This document shows positions 1 to 8,203 of a DNA stretch of 56,153 bases, piece by piece. The translations under genes were made by a program, and so were the position numbers. The notes below the pieces were generated by a model that saw nothing but the letters and a program-made list of their open reading frames with translations, was not told where the DNA came from and did not search any database. Position 1 is the stretch's first letter. The number at the start of each line of letters is the position of its first letter. Source of the stretch: an uncultured Bacillota bacterium (lineage in GTDB: Bacteria > Bacillota > Clostridia > Oscillospirales > Oscillospiraceae); the NCBI GenBank assembly GCA_937890735.1, contig CALACZ010000099.1, positions 1-56,153 of the forward strand, in the 5' to 3' direction.

Positions 1-214
1 TCGCCGTTTTGATCATCCGCTCCAGATAGCGGATGCGGCTGTCGTTGCGGTTTTTTTCGCGCTTGGCGGACTTATACTCAAAATTTTCGCTCAGGTCGCC
101 AAATTCCCGCGCGGTCTTGACGTCCTCAATGAGCTGCGGACGCAGCGTGATGCGGCGGTAGTCCAGCTCCTCCTGCATTTTCTGAATATCGACCGCCGTC
201 AATTCGTCGTGCAT
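1..214 (-). CDS. greA: GreA/GreB-family transcription elongation factor (5' part; runs off the window edge)
   Basis: Manual translation MHDELTAVDIQKMQEELDYRRITLRPQLIEDVKTAREFGDLSENFEYKSAKREK...RIRYLE contains the GDLSENxEY Gre signature; ATG at 214 with a GGAAGG RBS. Confidence 0.88.
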   Translation of the reverse strand, partial: MHDELTAVDIQKMQEELDYRRITLRPQLIEDVKTAREFGDLSENFEYKSAKREKNRNDSRIRYLERMIKTA

Positions 215-342
215 GGTGTATCCTTCCCTTACCTTGTGTTTCTGCCGTTATTGTACTCTTTTTTTCGCGGATCGCAAAACGAAATTTGCATTTTTCCGCC
301 GGTGTGATAAGATAAAGCTATTATGAGACAGGAGCGTCTGCC

Positions 343-1014
343 ATGAAGATCATCGCCCGTATCCATACGGATTTCCCGACCAAATTCGGCGTGCCGCGCC
401 AGAGCGGTCTTGCCGGCGCGCTGGAGGCGACCGTCGTATTTGAGCCGCCGTACCGCAATCCCGACGCGCTGCGCGGGCTGGACGGCTTTTCGCACATCTG
501 GCTTCTGTGGCAGTTTGACCGCGCGGTGCGCGATGGCTGGTCGGCGACCGTACTGCCGCCCAAGCTCGGCGGCAAAACGCGCGTGGGCGTGTTTGCAACG
601 CGCTCGCCGTTCCGCCCGAACCCGATCGGGCTGTCCAGCGTGCAGCTGCTGGGCATCGACTGGGAGGCGAAAAACGGTCCAATTCTGCGCTTGGCAGGCG
701 CAGACCTCGTGGACGGCACGCCGATCTACGACATAAAGCCGTACCTTCCCTACGCCGACAGCCACCCCGACGCCGTGGACGCCTTTGACGGCAAACGCGA
801 CGCCGAACCGCTGACGGTCATCTTTCCGCCGGAGCTGGAAGAAAAAATTCCAAGCGAGAAGCGCGCCGGGCTGCGTCAGGCGCTCGCCTGCGGACCGATC
901 CCCGGCTACCAGCACGACCCCACCCGCCGCTACGGCTTTAATTTTGCAGGGTTCGATGTCAGGTTTCATATTGACGGACGGACGCTGACCGTTTGCGAGG
1001 TCGTGACGCTATAG
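343..1014 (+). CDS. trmO: tRNA m6t6A37 methyltransferase TrmO/TsaA
   Basis: KFGVPRQ, GLDGFSHIWLLWQF, GVFATRSPFRPNPIGLS, DLVDGTPIYDIKPYLPYAD motifs; AGGAG RBS. Confidence 0.93.
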   Translation: MKIIARIHTDFPTKFGVPRQSGLAGALEATVVFEPPYRNPDALRGLDGFSHIWLLWQFDRAVRDGWSATVLPPKLGGKTRVGVFATRSPFRPNPIGLSSVQLLGIDWEAKNGPILRLAGADLVDGTPIYDIKPYLPYADSHPDAVDAFDGKRDAEPLTVIFPPELEEKIPSEKRAGLRQALACGPIPGYQHDPTRRYGFNFAGFDVRFHIDGRTLTVCEVVTL

Positions 1015-1027
1015 CGCAGCATTCTTA

Positions 1028-1336
1028 GTCGTAACGTAGGGGCGGGGCTCGCCCCGCCCGCGCGGTAAAACGTTACAGATACGGACGCACCGATGCAAAT
1101 CTGCAAAATCTACCCCGGTTGCGTAGGGGAGGGGTTCTACCCCTCCCGGCGGTACAACGTCGCAAATTGAGATACTCCAATGCGGAACGGGACGTGTTGC
1201 GTGGTCGCCGTTTGTTGTGCGATTTTGCCGATGCGCCGTGCGCGGGAGGGGCAGAGCCCCTCCCCTACGGCTCGATTGGTCATGCCGTCAAAACCTGCGG
1301 CAGCGGGCGGGGCAAGCCCCGCCCCTACGTTACGAC
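1028..1336. repeat. Nested cluster of four GTAG-type REP palindromes (REPIN/BIME-like)
   Basis: GTAGGGGCGGGGCTCGCCCCGCCCG (1036-1060) and GTAGGGGAGGGGTTCTACCCCTCCCG (1123-1148) face inverted copies ending CCCCTAC (1243-1268 and 1303-1328). The outer pair extends to a ~34-bp inverted repeat (1028-1062 / 1303-1336). Lies between convergent genes. Confidence 0.85.
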
Positions 1337-1356
1337 GAAACGCGGCGCACCTCACC

Positions 1357-2094
1357 TTAATAATCCACCTTCACCAGACACAGCCCCTGGGGCGGGACGG
1401 TGTAGCCCGCCCTTGTGCGGTCGCGGGCTTCCAGAATTTCAGGCATTTCCTCTGCCGGGCGCTTGCCGAAGCCGACCTCCAGCAGCGTGCCCACCAGAAT
1501 GCGCACCATGTTCTGCAAAAAGCCTGTGCCGTGAAAATTGAGGTAGAGATAATCGCGCTTCTGCACGATCTCGATGCGATCCACCAGTCGGACGGTGGAT
1601 TTTTTCATTTTCGGGTTGCCGCAGAAGCTCTTAAAATCATGCTCGCCCACGAGCAGCGCCGCCGCGCGCTGCATGGCGGCAACGTCGGGTACGCGGTCAA
1701 GTGTCAGGACATATTTGCGGTCAAACACCGGCTTGAGCGCGCCGGTGTAGCAGGTGTAGCAATACGTTTTGCCCACCGCCTTGTAGCGCGCGTGGAAGCG
1801 CCCGGAGGCGGCGCGCACCTCGCGCACACAAATATCATCCGGCAGGTAGCGGTTCATGTAGTCGCGGATGTCCTCCGGCGCAAGCTCCGTGTCCAGCACG
1901 GCATTCGCCGTCATCGCCTTTGCGTGCACGCCCGCGTCCGTCCGCCCCGCGCCGATCACGTCAATCGGCTCGCCCGTCATGCGCGTGAGCACATCCTCGA
2001 GCTTGCCCTGAATGGTGGGCTTGTCCGGCTGGTGCTCCCAGCCGAAGTAGCGCGAGCCGTCGTAGGCGATGGTCAGCTTGTAATTCTGTTTCAT
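1357..2094 (-). CDS. truA: tRNA pseudouridine(38-40) synthase TruA
   Basis: IAYDGSRYFGW, GAGRTDAGVHA (catalytic Asp), GEHDFKSF, GFLQNMVRILVG. Start moved to MKQNY at 2094 (ATGA overlap with the upstream gene). Confidence 0.95.
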   Translation of the reverse strand: MKQNYKLTIAYDGSRYFGWEHQPDKPTIQGKLEDVLTRMTGEPIDVIGAGRTDAGVHAKAMTANAVLDTELAPEDIRDYMNRYLPDDICVREVRAASGRFHARYKAVGKTYCYTCYTGALKPVFDRKYVLTLDRVPDVAAMQRAAALLVGEHDFKSFCGNPKMKKSTVRLVDRIEIVQKRDYLYLNFHGTGFLQNMVRILVGTLLEVGFGKRPAEEMPEILEARDRTRAGYTVPPQGLCLVKVDY

Positions 2095-2486
2095 TGTTCG
2101 CCGTACTCCATCGTGAATCGGCACACCGGGTAATTGGAGCAGCCCCAGAAGCGCTGCCCCTTGCGCGCGCCCTTCTGCGCCGTGCGCAGGACCATCTGCG
2201 CCCCGCAGCGTGCGCAGCGCGGTATTTTTTCCTGCGACGCGCGGCGGATCATCCGCGCCGAGGCGCGCTGCGCGTCTGTGTTCAGCTCGGCATAGCGGAT
2301 GGCGGTGCAGTGCACGCGCCGGGCGATCTCCACCGCCAGCAGGTCATACATCTGCCGGAGCTGCCCTTCGTCTACACCCGCGGCGAGCTTGCGGCGCACA
2401 TAGACGTCCGGCGCAGCGCCGACTTTTTTTGTAAACGCCTCCAAAAAGCGTTCGCGGTCCGATTTCGGCTTTCGTTTGGGATACAT
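2091..2486 (-). CDS. Small protein with C-terminal topoisomerase-type C4 zinc ribbon
   Basis: PRCARCGAQMVLRTAQKG...FWGCSNYPVCRFT matches the topoisomerase C4 Zn-finger pattern; start MYPKRK after a purine-rich RBS. Confidence 0.75.
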   Translation of the reverse strand: MYPKRKPKSDRERFLEAFTKKVGAAPDVYVRRKLAAGVDEGQLRQMYDLLAVEIARRVHCTAIRYAELNTDAQRASARMIRRASQEKIPRCARCGAQMVLRTAQKGARKGQRFWGCSNYPVCRFTMEYGEQ

Positions 2487-2546
2487 TCCGCCGCCCCCTT
2501 TCTTGTTGATACCAGTATAGCACATCCGCGGCGCAAAAATCCACTG

Positions 2547-2576
2547 TTGCCTTTTTTCGACATCGTGCGGTATAAT
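2547..2576 (+). promoter_or_regulatory. sigma-A-type promoter for the L,D-transpeptidase gene
   Basis: TTGCCT-N18-TATAAT. Confidence 0.5.
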
Positions 2577-2612
2577 AGAAAGTGAAAATTCGTTCCTCGA
2601 TGGGGAGTGCCT

Positions 2613-3569
2613 ATGAAGAAGATCATTTCTCTGCTGACTGTTTGTCTTTTACTTACAGCGCTGTGCCTGCCCGCAGCGGCACAGAGCGCGCGAGGGTATA
2701 CGCTGCCCGCCACGCTCACTGTCAGCACAGCTTCGCCGCAGGAGCCTACGGCGTCCGCCGTGCTGCGCTTCCCTGACCTGCCGGACGGCACGGCGCGGCT
2801 GTGTACGCTGCGCTGGTATCGGGACGGCGTGCCCATCTCGCAGCCGCAGATGCTGCTGGCGCAGAAGGGCGCATACGCCGTGTGCCGCATCACGGTCTGC
2901 TTTTCCGAGACCATGCCCGCCTCCAGCGAGATCACGGCGGAGCTGACCTCCGGCGACGACTGCTGGACGTACACGAGCACCCTCGAGATCGAAAATTACG
3001 ACGCGGCGCACTACGCGCGGCTGAAAACGCTGGCGCAGCCGTACCGCATTTCCATCGGGCACAAGCAGAACACGGTCGTCGTGTGGGCGCAGGCGGAGGA
3101 CGGTACATATTCTCTGGTGCAGAATGTGTTCCTCTGCTCCACCGGCTACGCAACGCCCTACGGCACATATTACACGGGCGAAAAAATTCGCTGGCACGCG
3201 CTCTACGGCTCGGCAAAATCCAACTGGAATTATGTGTACGGGCAGTACATCACCCGCATCACGCACGACATTCTCTTTCACTCCGTGCCGTATTACACGC
3301 CGAATCCCGACGATCTGGAGGCGGATGAATATAACCTTCTCGGTACGCGCGCGTCCATGGGCTGCATCCGCCTGACGGTGGAGGCCGCCAAGTGGATCTA
3401 CGATAACATCCCCATCGGCACGCCCGTGGAGCTGGTGGACGATCTGGAGCTGCCCACGCAGCTCCCCGCCGCGCCGCAGATCGACCTGAGTGACGCCAGA
3501 AGCGGCTGGGACCCGACCGACCCATTGCCGGAAAATTCCTGGAAAGCCGCGCGCCAAAATGAATTTTGA
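2613..3569 (+). CDS. Secreted L,D-transpeptidase (YkuD domain)
   Basis: Signal peptide MKKIISLL...AAA; CSTGYATPYGTY, ILFHSVPY...LGTRASMGCIRL (catalytic His/Cys), AKWIYDNIPIGTPV. Confidence 0.9.
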   Translation: MKKIISLLTVCLLLTALCLPAAAQSARGYTLPATLTVSTASPQEPTASAVLRFPDLPDGTARLCTLRWYRDGVPISQPQMLLAQKGAYAVCRITVCFSETMPASSEITAELTSGDDCWTYTSTLEIENYDAAHYARLKTLAQPYRISIGHKQNTVVVWAQAEDGTYSLVQNVFLCSTGYATPYGTYYTGEKIRWHALYGSAKSNWNYVYGQYITRITHDILFHSVPYYTPNPDDLEADEYNLLGTRASMGCIRLTVEAAKWIYDNIPIGTPVELVDDLELPTQLPAAPQIDLSDARSGWDPTDPLPENSWKAARQNEF

Positions 3570-3576
3570 CGCGCTT

Positions 3577-3766
3577 TCAAACGAAACCCGCTTCGCTGGG
3601 CTTTCGTTTGAGAGGGCTTGCACTGCGCTACGCGCATAATTTGTGCGCGTAGCGCACAAATTCCACACTCCGCTCCGTGAGCAGTATTTTTGCCGACGTA
3701 CACGCCGCCGGCAAAAATGACCCGAATTTTATTTTGCGCCTGCGGGCGCAAAACTCTGCGAGGCTT
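3577..3766 (+). repeat. Dispersed multi-hairpin intergenic repeat, copy 1 (~190 bp)
   Basis: TCAAACGAAA...TTTCGTTTGA, AATTTGTGCGC/GCGCACAAATT, TTTTGCCG-ACGTACACGCCGC-CGGCAAAA, TTTTGCGCC/GGCGCAAAA-CTCTGCGAGGCT; homologous to 24351-24536 and to the reverse complement of 36413-36668. Confidence 0.88.
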
Positions 3767-3779
3767 ATAGAAATTGTAT

Positions 3780-3812
3780 GACCCGTCCGGCTGTACGTCG
3801 GACGGGTCTTTT
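3780..3812 (+). terminator. Intrinsic terminator between convergent genes
   Basis: GACCCGTCCG-loop-CGGACGGGTC followed by TTTT. Confidence 0.7.
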
Positions 3813-3818
3813 AACATT

Positions 3819-5030
3819 TTAGAACACTGTTACCAAGAACTGCGTCACCAGCACCACCGCGATGAGGGCGATGGGGTACGTCGCCGCGTAGGCGGAGGCA
3901 ACGTTGCTCGTGCCCGCCACATGGATAAGCGTGCCGAGCGCCGGGGTGGACGTCATGCCTCCCGTGATCGAGCCGAGGATGTTCAGCAGGTTCAGCTTCA
4001 GCACATACCGCGCAACAATGTAGCCGAGGATCATCGGCAGCAGCGTCATCACGATGCCGTAGACGAAGTAGATCGGCTTAAAGTAGCGCACAAAGCTCAT
4101 GCCGCCGGACACGCCCGCGCCGATCAGGAACACCATCAGCCCCAGCTCGCGGAACGTTTCGAGCACCTTTTTGCTCGGCATCAGGTCGGCACGGCCAACG
4201 TGACCGAAGTGCCCGAAGATAAGTGAGATGAGCAGCGTGCCGCCCGTGGTCGTGAGCGAGAAGAAGCCGAAAAGCTTGACCGAGCCCACCAGAATGCCCA
4301 GCACCGCAGCGAGAGCAAACGGCGTAAAGCCAAAATCGTCAAACTCCAGGAGCTTGCCCTTGTACTTCTCCACATCGCCCGTTTCCACATGGGTGATCTT
4401 GCGCACCTCTTCTTTCATATCAGCATGGACGATGCGCGGCATGAGCTGCACGAACAGCACCACGCCGATCACGCCGAACAGGTACGCGATGCCGTAGCCG
4501 ACCGTGACGGCGTCCTGATAGTTCGCCGCGACGGCTTCCTTCGTCGCCGAGAACGCCGGGGTGGACGTCAGCGCGCCCGACAGAAGCCCGGTGATGATGG
4601 CGGTGAGCTGCTGCGGGTCATAGCCCGGCGTGCCGCTCTCCAGCCCGCGCGCGACGAGCAGGCACAGCATCGCCGCGATACCGCCGGAGAAGATAATGAC
4701 AAAGCCCAGCAGCACATAGGACTTGAAATTCTTCTTCATGTTTTTGAAGAAGTTCGGACCGGCGATAAAGCCGACGGACGTAACAAAGAACACAAGCCCC
4801 AGATTTTCCACGATCTTCAGCGCCTGCGAGGCGTAGTTGACCTCCTCGAGAACGAACTTGGAGTTAAAGTGTATCCCGAAAAACGCGCCGTAGATGAGTG
4901 CGATGACAAACACGCCAGCCGTGCCGAGGCTGATCCCCTTGATGGTGATGCGCCCCAGAATATATCCCACCGCCGCGATTGCAAAGACCGACAGCATCAG
5001 GAAGTTGGCGGCGTTCATTGAAAATGACAT
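3819..5030 (-). CDS. AspT/YidE/YbjL-family antiporter, probable succinate/dicarboxylate exporter
   Basis: Duplicated GALTSTPA / GGMTSTPALG motifs, GISLGTAGV, GYGIAYLFG, YAATYP; last gene of the fumarate-reductase cluster. Confidence 0.85.
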   Translation of the reverse strand: MSFSMNAANFLMLSVFAIAAVGYILGRITIKGISLGTAGVFVIALIYGAFFGIHFNSKFVLEEVNYASQALKIVENLGLVFFVTSVGFIAGPNFFKNMKKNFKSYVLLGFVIIFSGGIAAMLCLLVARGLESGTPGYDPQQLTAIITGLLSGALTSTPAFSATKEAVAANYQDAVTVGYGIAYLFGVIGVVLFVQLMPRIVHADMKEEVRKITHVETGDVEKYKGKLLEFDDFGFTPFALAAVLGILVGSVKLFGFFSLTTTGGTLLISLIFGHFGHVGRADLMPSKKVLETFRELGLMVFLIGAGVSGGMSFVRYFKPIYFVYGIVMTLLPMILGYIVARYVLKLNLLNILGSITGGMTSTPALGTLIHVAGTSNVASAYAATYPIALIAVVLVTQFLVTVF

Positions 5031-5059
5031 GACGTAGTTCCTCTTAAATCTCTTTCATT

Positions 5060-6676
5060 TTACTTTGCAAGAGTAGGTTCTTCCCTGCGGGTGTAATCCG
5101 GCAAAAGCTGCGGCGAGAGCTTCTCTGCCGGCTTGCCGCTCTTGGCACGCTCTGCCTCAAACGCTTCGAGATGGCTGAGCGTCAGCTTTCCGACCGTGAC
5201 GTTCTTCGCCTTTTCGGAGGCGTGCACGCCGGCGTTGCGCCCAAAGACGATGACGTCCAGCAGGCTGTTGCCCATCAGGCGGTTGCGCCCGTGGATACCG
5301 CCCACGACCTCGCCCGCGGCGAACAGGTTCTCAACGTCCGTCTGCCCGTCGGGGGTGATGTGCAGACCGCCGTTCTGATAGTGGAGCGTCGGATAGACGA
5401 GGATCGGCTCAGTGCGAATGTCGATGCCGTGCTTGCCGAACATCCGCATCATGGCGGGAATGCGCTTTTCGATCGTGCCCGCGCCGTTTTTCAGCTCAAT
5501 CATCGGCGTGTCCAGCCACACCGCATCGCCAAGAGGCGTTTTGATGCCCTTGCCGCGCGCGGAGCACTCGCGGATGATGGACGCGGCGGCAACGTCGCGC
5601 GTCTCCAGCGGGTTCATGAACACCTCGCCGTCACAGTTTACAAGCATCGCACCGACCGAGCGCACCTTTTCCGTCACCAGCGCGCCAAAGATCTGCGCCG
5701 GGAACGCCGCGCCCGTGGGATGGTACTGGAGCGTATCGGCGTACAGCAGCTTTGCGCCCGCGCGGTAGCCGAGGATGAGCCCGTCCGCCGTCGCACCGTA
5801 GTGGTTCGAGGTCGGGAAGCCCTGATAGTGCAGCCGCCCCGCACCGCCGGTGGCAAGAATGACGGTCTTGGCGCGCGCAACGTACAGCTCCTTCGTCTCC
5901 ATGTTCATGAGGATCGCGCCCGCGCAGTGCCCGTTTTCGTCCTTCATGAGCTCGATGGCGGAGGTGAAGTCCACCACGGGGATCTGACGGTTGAGCACCT
6001 CATCGCGCAGCGTGCGCATGATCTCCGCGCCGGAGTAGTCCTTTGCCGCGTGCATCCGCTTGCGGGACGTGCCGCCGCCGTGGGTGGTGATCATCGTGCC
6101 GTCGGGCGCTTTGTCAAACTCCACGCCAAGCTCGGAGAGCCATTCGATGGCTTCCGGCGCTTCGGTGACGAGCTTGTAGAGCAGATCCTTCTGTGCGGCG
6201 AAATGTCCGCCGCCGTAGGCGTCGAGGAAGTGCTGGGCGGGAGAATCGTTCGGCTTGTCCGCCGCCTGAATGCCGCCCTCCGCCATCATCGTGTTCGCGT
6301 CGCCCATGCGCAGCTTCGTCACGATCATGGTCCTGGCGCCCGCCTTGTCGGCTTCGATGGCTGCCGAGCAGCCCGCGCCGCCCGCGCCGATGATGAGCAC
6401 GTCGGTGTCATAGTCCGGGCAGGACAGGTCGATCTGCTTATTCAGAATGCGGGACGTACCCTCGAGCAGCGCCGCCAGCTCCGTGGGAACCTTTTCGCCC
6501 TTGTTCGGGCCAAAGTACAGCACGGTGAACTGGTTCTCGCGGTAGTCGGGATGATACGTTTTGAGCAGAACGTCTTTTTCCTCCGCCGTCATTCTGCGGG
6601 GATCGAGCTTGATGTTTTCCGCGCGGGCAGCTTCGACCTTACGGATGGATTCGAGCATTTTCGGATCAGTATACAT
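5060..6676 (-). CDS. frdA: Fumarate reductase/succinate dehydrogenase flavoprotein subunit (soluble, TfrA/FrdA-like)
   Basis: IIGAGGAG FAD motif, ATGGAG, QYHPTG, LVTEKVR, ETRDVAA, PTLHYQNGG, AAGEVVGGIHGRNRLMGNSL dicarboxylate-site residues. Confidence 0.88.
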   Translation of the reverse strand: MYTDPKMLESIRKVEAARAENIKLDPRRMTAEEKDVLLKTYHPDYRENQFTVLYFGPNKGEKVPTELAALLEGTSRILNKQIDLSCPDYDTDVLIIGAGGAGCSAAIEADKAGARTMIVTKLRMGDANTMMAEGGIQAADKPNDSPAQHFLDAYGGGHFAAQKDLLYKLVTEAPEAIEWLSELGVEFDKAPDGTMITTHGGGTSRKRMHAAKDYSGAEIMRTLRDEVLNRQIPVVDFTSAIELMKDENGHCAGAILMNMETKELYVARAKTVILATGGAGRLHYQGFPTSNHYGATADGLILGYRAGAKLLYADTLQYHPTGAAFPAQIFGALVTEKVRSVGAMLVNCDGEVFMNPLETRDVAAASIIRECSARGKGIKTPLGDAVWLDTPMIELKNGAGTIEKRIPAMMRMFGKHGIDIRTEPILVYPTLHYQNGGLHITPDGQTDVENLFAAGEVVGGIHGRNRLMGNSLLDVIVFGRNAGVHASEKAKNVTVGKLTLSHLEAFEAERAKSGKPAEKLSPQLLPDYTRREEPTLAK

Positions 6677-6688
6677 GACGTTCCCTCC

Positions 6689-7363
6689 TTACTTTTCGAT
6701 CTCGCGGTGATTGTAGAGCTCCTTGATCTCATCAAGGGGCTTGCCCATCAGATCCTCGATGAGCTTTTCAAACTTGCCGTCGCGGATCTCCTGCACGCGC
6801 TCGGTGAGTTGATCGCAGTGCGGGGCGAGGTATTTGCCGTTGAGGCGGCGGGCAAGCATGGCGACCTGCGGGTGTGAAATGCCAGCCGGGCAGCGCGACG
6901 AGCAGACGCCGCACATCACGCAGTCAAACGACTCCTCTGCGCACTTTTCGTATTCGCCGCGCTGGGCGTAGGCGATGTACTGCATCACGTTCAGCCCCTG
7001 CGTGCACGCCTTGGTGCAGGCATTGCAGCCGACGCAGGAATAGATCTCGGGATAAAGCTGCATCATGATGCGCTCATCCGGGCGGACCTTTTCGATGTCG
7101 TAGATCTCTTTTACCAGCGGGAAGAACGGCAGCGTCGCCACATACATATTGTTCTCCACACGCGTGGAGCACGCGAGGCACGCCTTGAGCTCCCGGTCGC
7201 CCGCGATGCGGTAGATCGTGGCGCACGCGCCGCAGAAGCCATTGCGGCAGCCGCAGCCGCGCACGAGCTGATAGCCGGAATATTCCATCGCTTCCATGAT
7301 GGTCAGGCTGGCGGGGACTTCATACTTTTTGCCGAACAGAAAAACATTTACCATATTTTCCAT
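6689..7363 (-). CDS. frdB: Fumarate reductase iron-sulfur subunit (2Fe-2S + two 4Fe-4S)
   Basis: GCRNGFCGAC...LAC (2Fe-2S) plus CVGCNACTKAC and CVMCGVCSSRCP; directly upstream of the flavoprotein gene. Confidence 0.8.
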   Translation of the reverse strand: MENMVNVFLFGKKYEVPASLTIMEAMEYSGYQLVRGCGCRNGFCGACATIYRIAGDRELKACLACSTRVENNMYVATLPFFPLVKEIYDIEKVRPDERIMMQLYPEIYSCVGCNACTKACTQGLNVMQYIAYAQRGEYEKCAEESFDCVMCGVCSSRCPAGISHPQVAMLARRLNGKYLAPHCDQLTERVQEIRDGKFEKLIEDLMGKPLDEIKELYNHREIEK

Positions 7364-7375
7364 CGCTGTTTCTCC

Positions 7376-8203
7376 TTAATATTCATTGGGCAGCTCGTCG
7401 AGCTGGTCAAAGCGGAACACCGGGCCGTCCTTGCAGACGTATTTGCTGCCGATGTTGCAGCGCCCGCACTTGCCGAGCGCGCACTTCATCTTCAGCTCCA
7501 TGGTGGTGTATACCTGCGTGCGGGCAAAGCCCAGCTCCATCAGCCCCGCAAGGGTGAACTTGATCATGATGGGAGGGCCGCACATCACAACGGTCTTATC
7601 CGTGGTAAAGCCCAGCTCCTTCACATAGTTCGGCACAAAGCCGACGTGCCCGTCCCACTCCGGCTGCTCGCGGTCGATGGTCAGGTGGACGTTGATGCCG
7701 TCCTCCCTGCACCACACGTCCAGGATCTCCTGGAAATCGACCAGGTCCTCCTTGGAGCGCGAGCCGTAGACAATGTCGATCTTGCCGTAGCGGTCACGGT
7801 AGTGGCGGCAGTAGTTGATGACGGAGTGCAGCGGCGCAAGACCGATGCCGCCGGCGATAAACAGCAGATCCTTGCCCGCGAACGCTGTGTCCACGGGGAA
7901 GCCGTTGCCGTAGGGTCCTCGCAGCGTGATCTGCTGACCCTGCTCCATCTGGTGAAGCCACTGCGTCACGCAGCCGCATTTTTTGATGGAGAACTCCACA
8001 AATTCCTCCTCCGTCGGTGAGGACGTAATGGAAAACAGCGCCTCGCCCACGCCGGGGACGGAGAGCATCGCGCACTGCCCCGGGATGTGCTCAAACGGCT
8101 TTTTGCCGTCAAGTCCCACCACGCGGAAGGTCTTGACGTCGGGCGTGTCCACGCGGATCTTCGTGACGACGCCGATGTTGGGGATCAAGGGATCGTTTTT
8201 CAT
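7376..8203 (-). CDS. flxA: FAD/NAD(P)H oxidoreductase, FlxA/AsrB-like, with C-terminal 2Fe-2S
   Basis: PGQ, FSITSSP, RGPYGNGF, IAGGIGLAP, CGPPIMIKF, MKCALGKCGRCNIG...CKDGPVF; start MKNDP at 8203. Confidence 0.85.
   Translation of the reverse strand: MKNDPLIPNIGVVTKIRVDTPDVKTFRVVGLDGKKPFEHIPGQCAMLSVPGVGEALFSITSSPTEEEFVEFSIKKCGCVTQWLHQMEQGQQITLRGPYGNGFPVDTAFAGKDLLFIAGGIGLAPLHSVINYCRHYRDRYGKIDIVYGSRSKEDLVDFQEILDVWCREDGINVHLTIDREQPEWDGHVGFVPNYVKELGFTTDKTVVMCGPPIMIKFTLAGLMELGFARTQVYTTMELKMKCALGKCGRCNIGSKYVCKDGPVFRFDQLDELPNEY

Noticed and set aside
1028..1336. Possible CRISPR array
   Set aside because: The repeats are inverted relative to each other, irregularly spaced and of two variants, with no cas genes; fits REP elements.
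3398..3817. Similar peptides (GGVYVGKN) in ORFs at 3398-3817, 24206-24487 and 36428-36703
   Set aside because: Chance translations of the non-coding dispersed repeat; starts, frames and lengths are not conserved while base pairing is.
5060..6676. L-aspartate oxidase NadB
   Set aside because: No nadA/nadC nearby, and it is paired with an SdhB-like Fe-S subunit and fumC.
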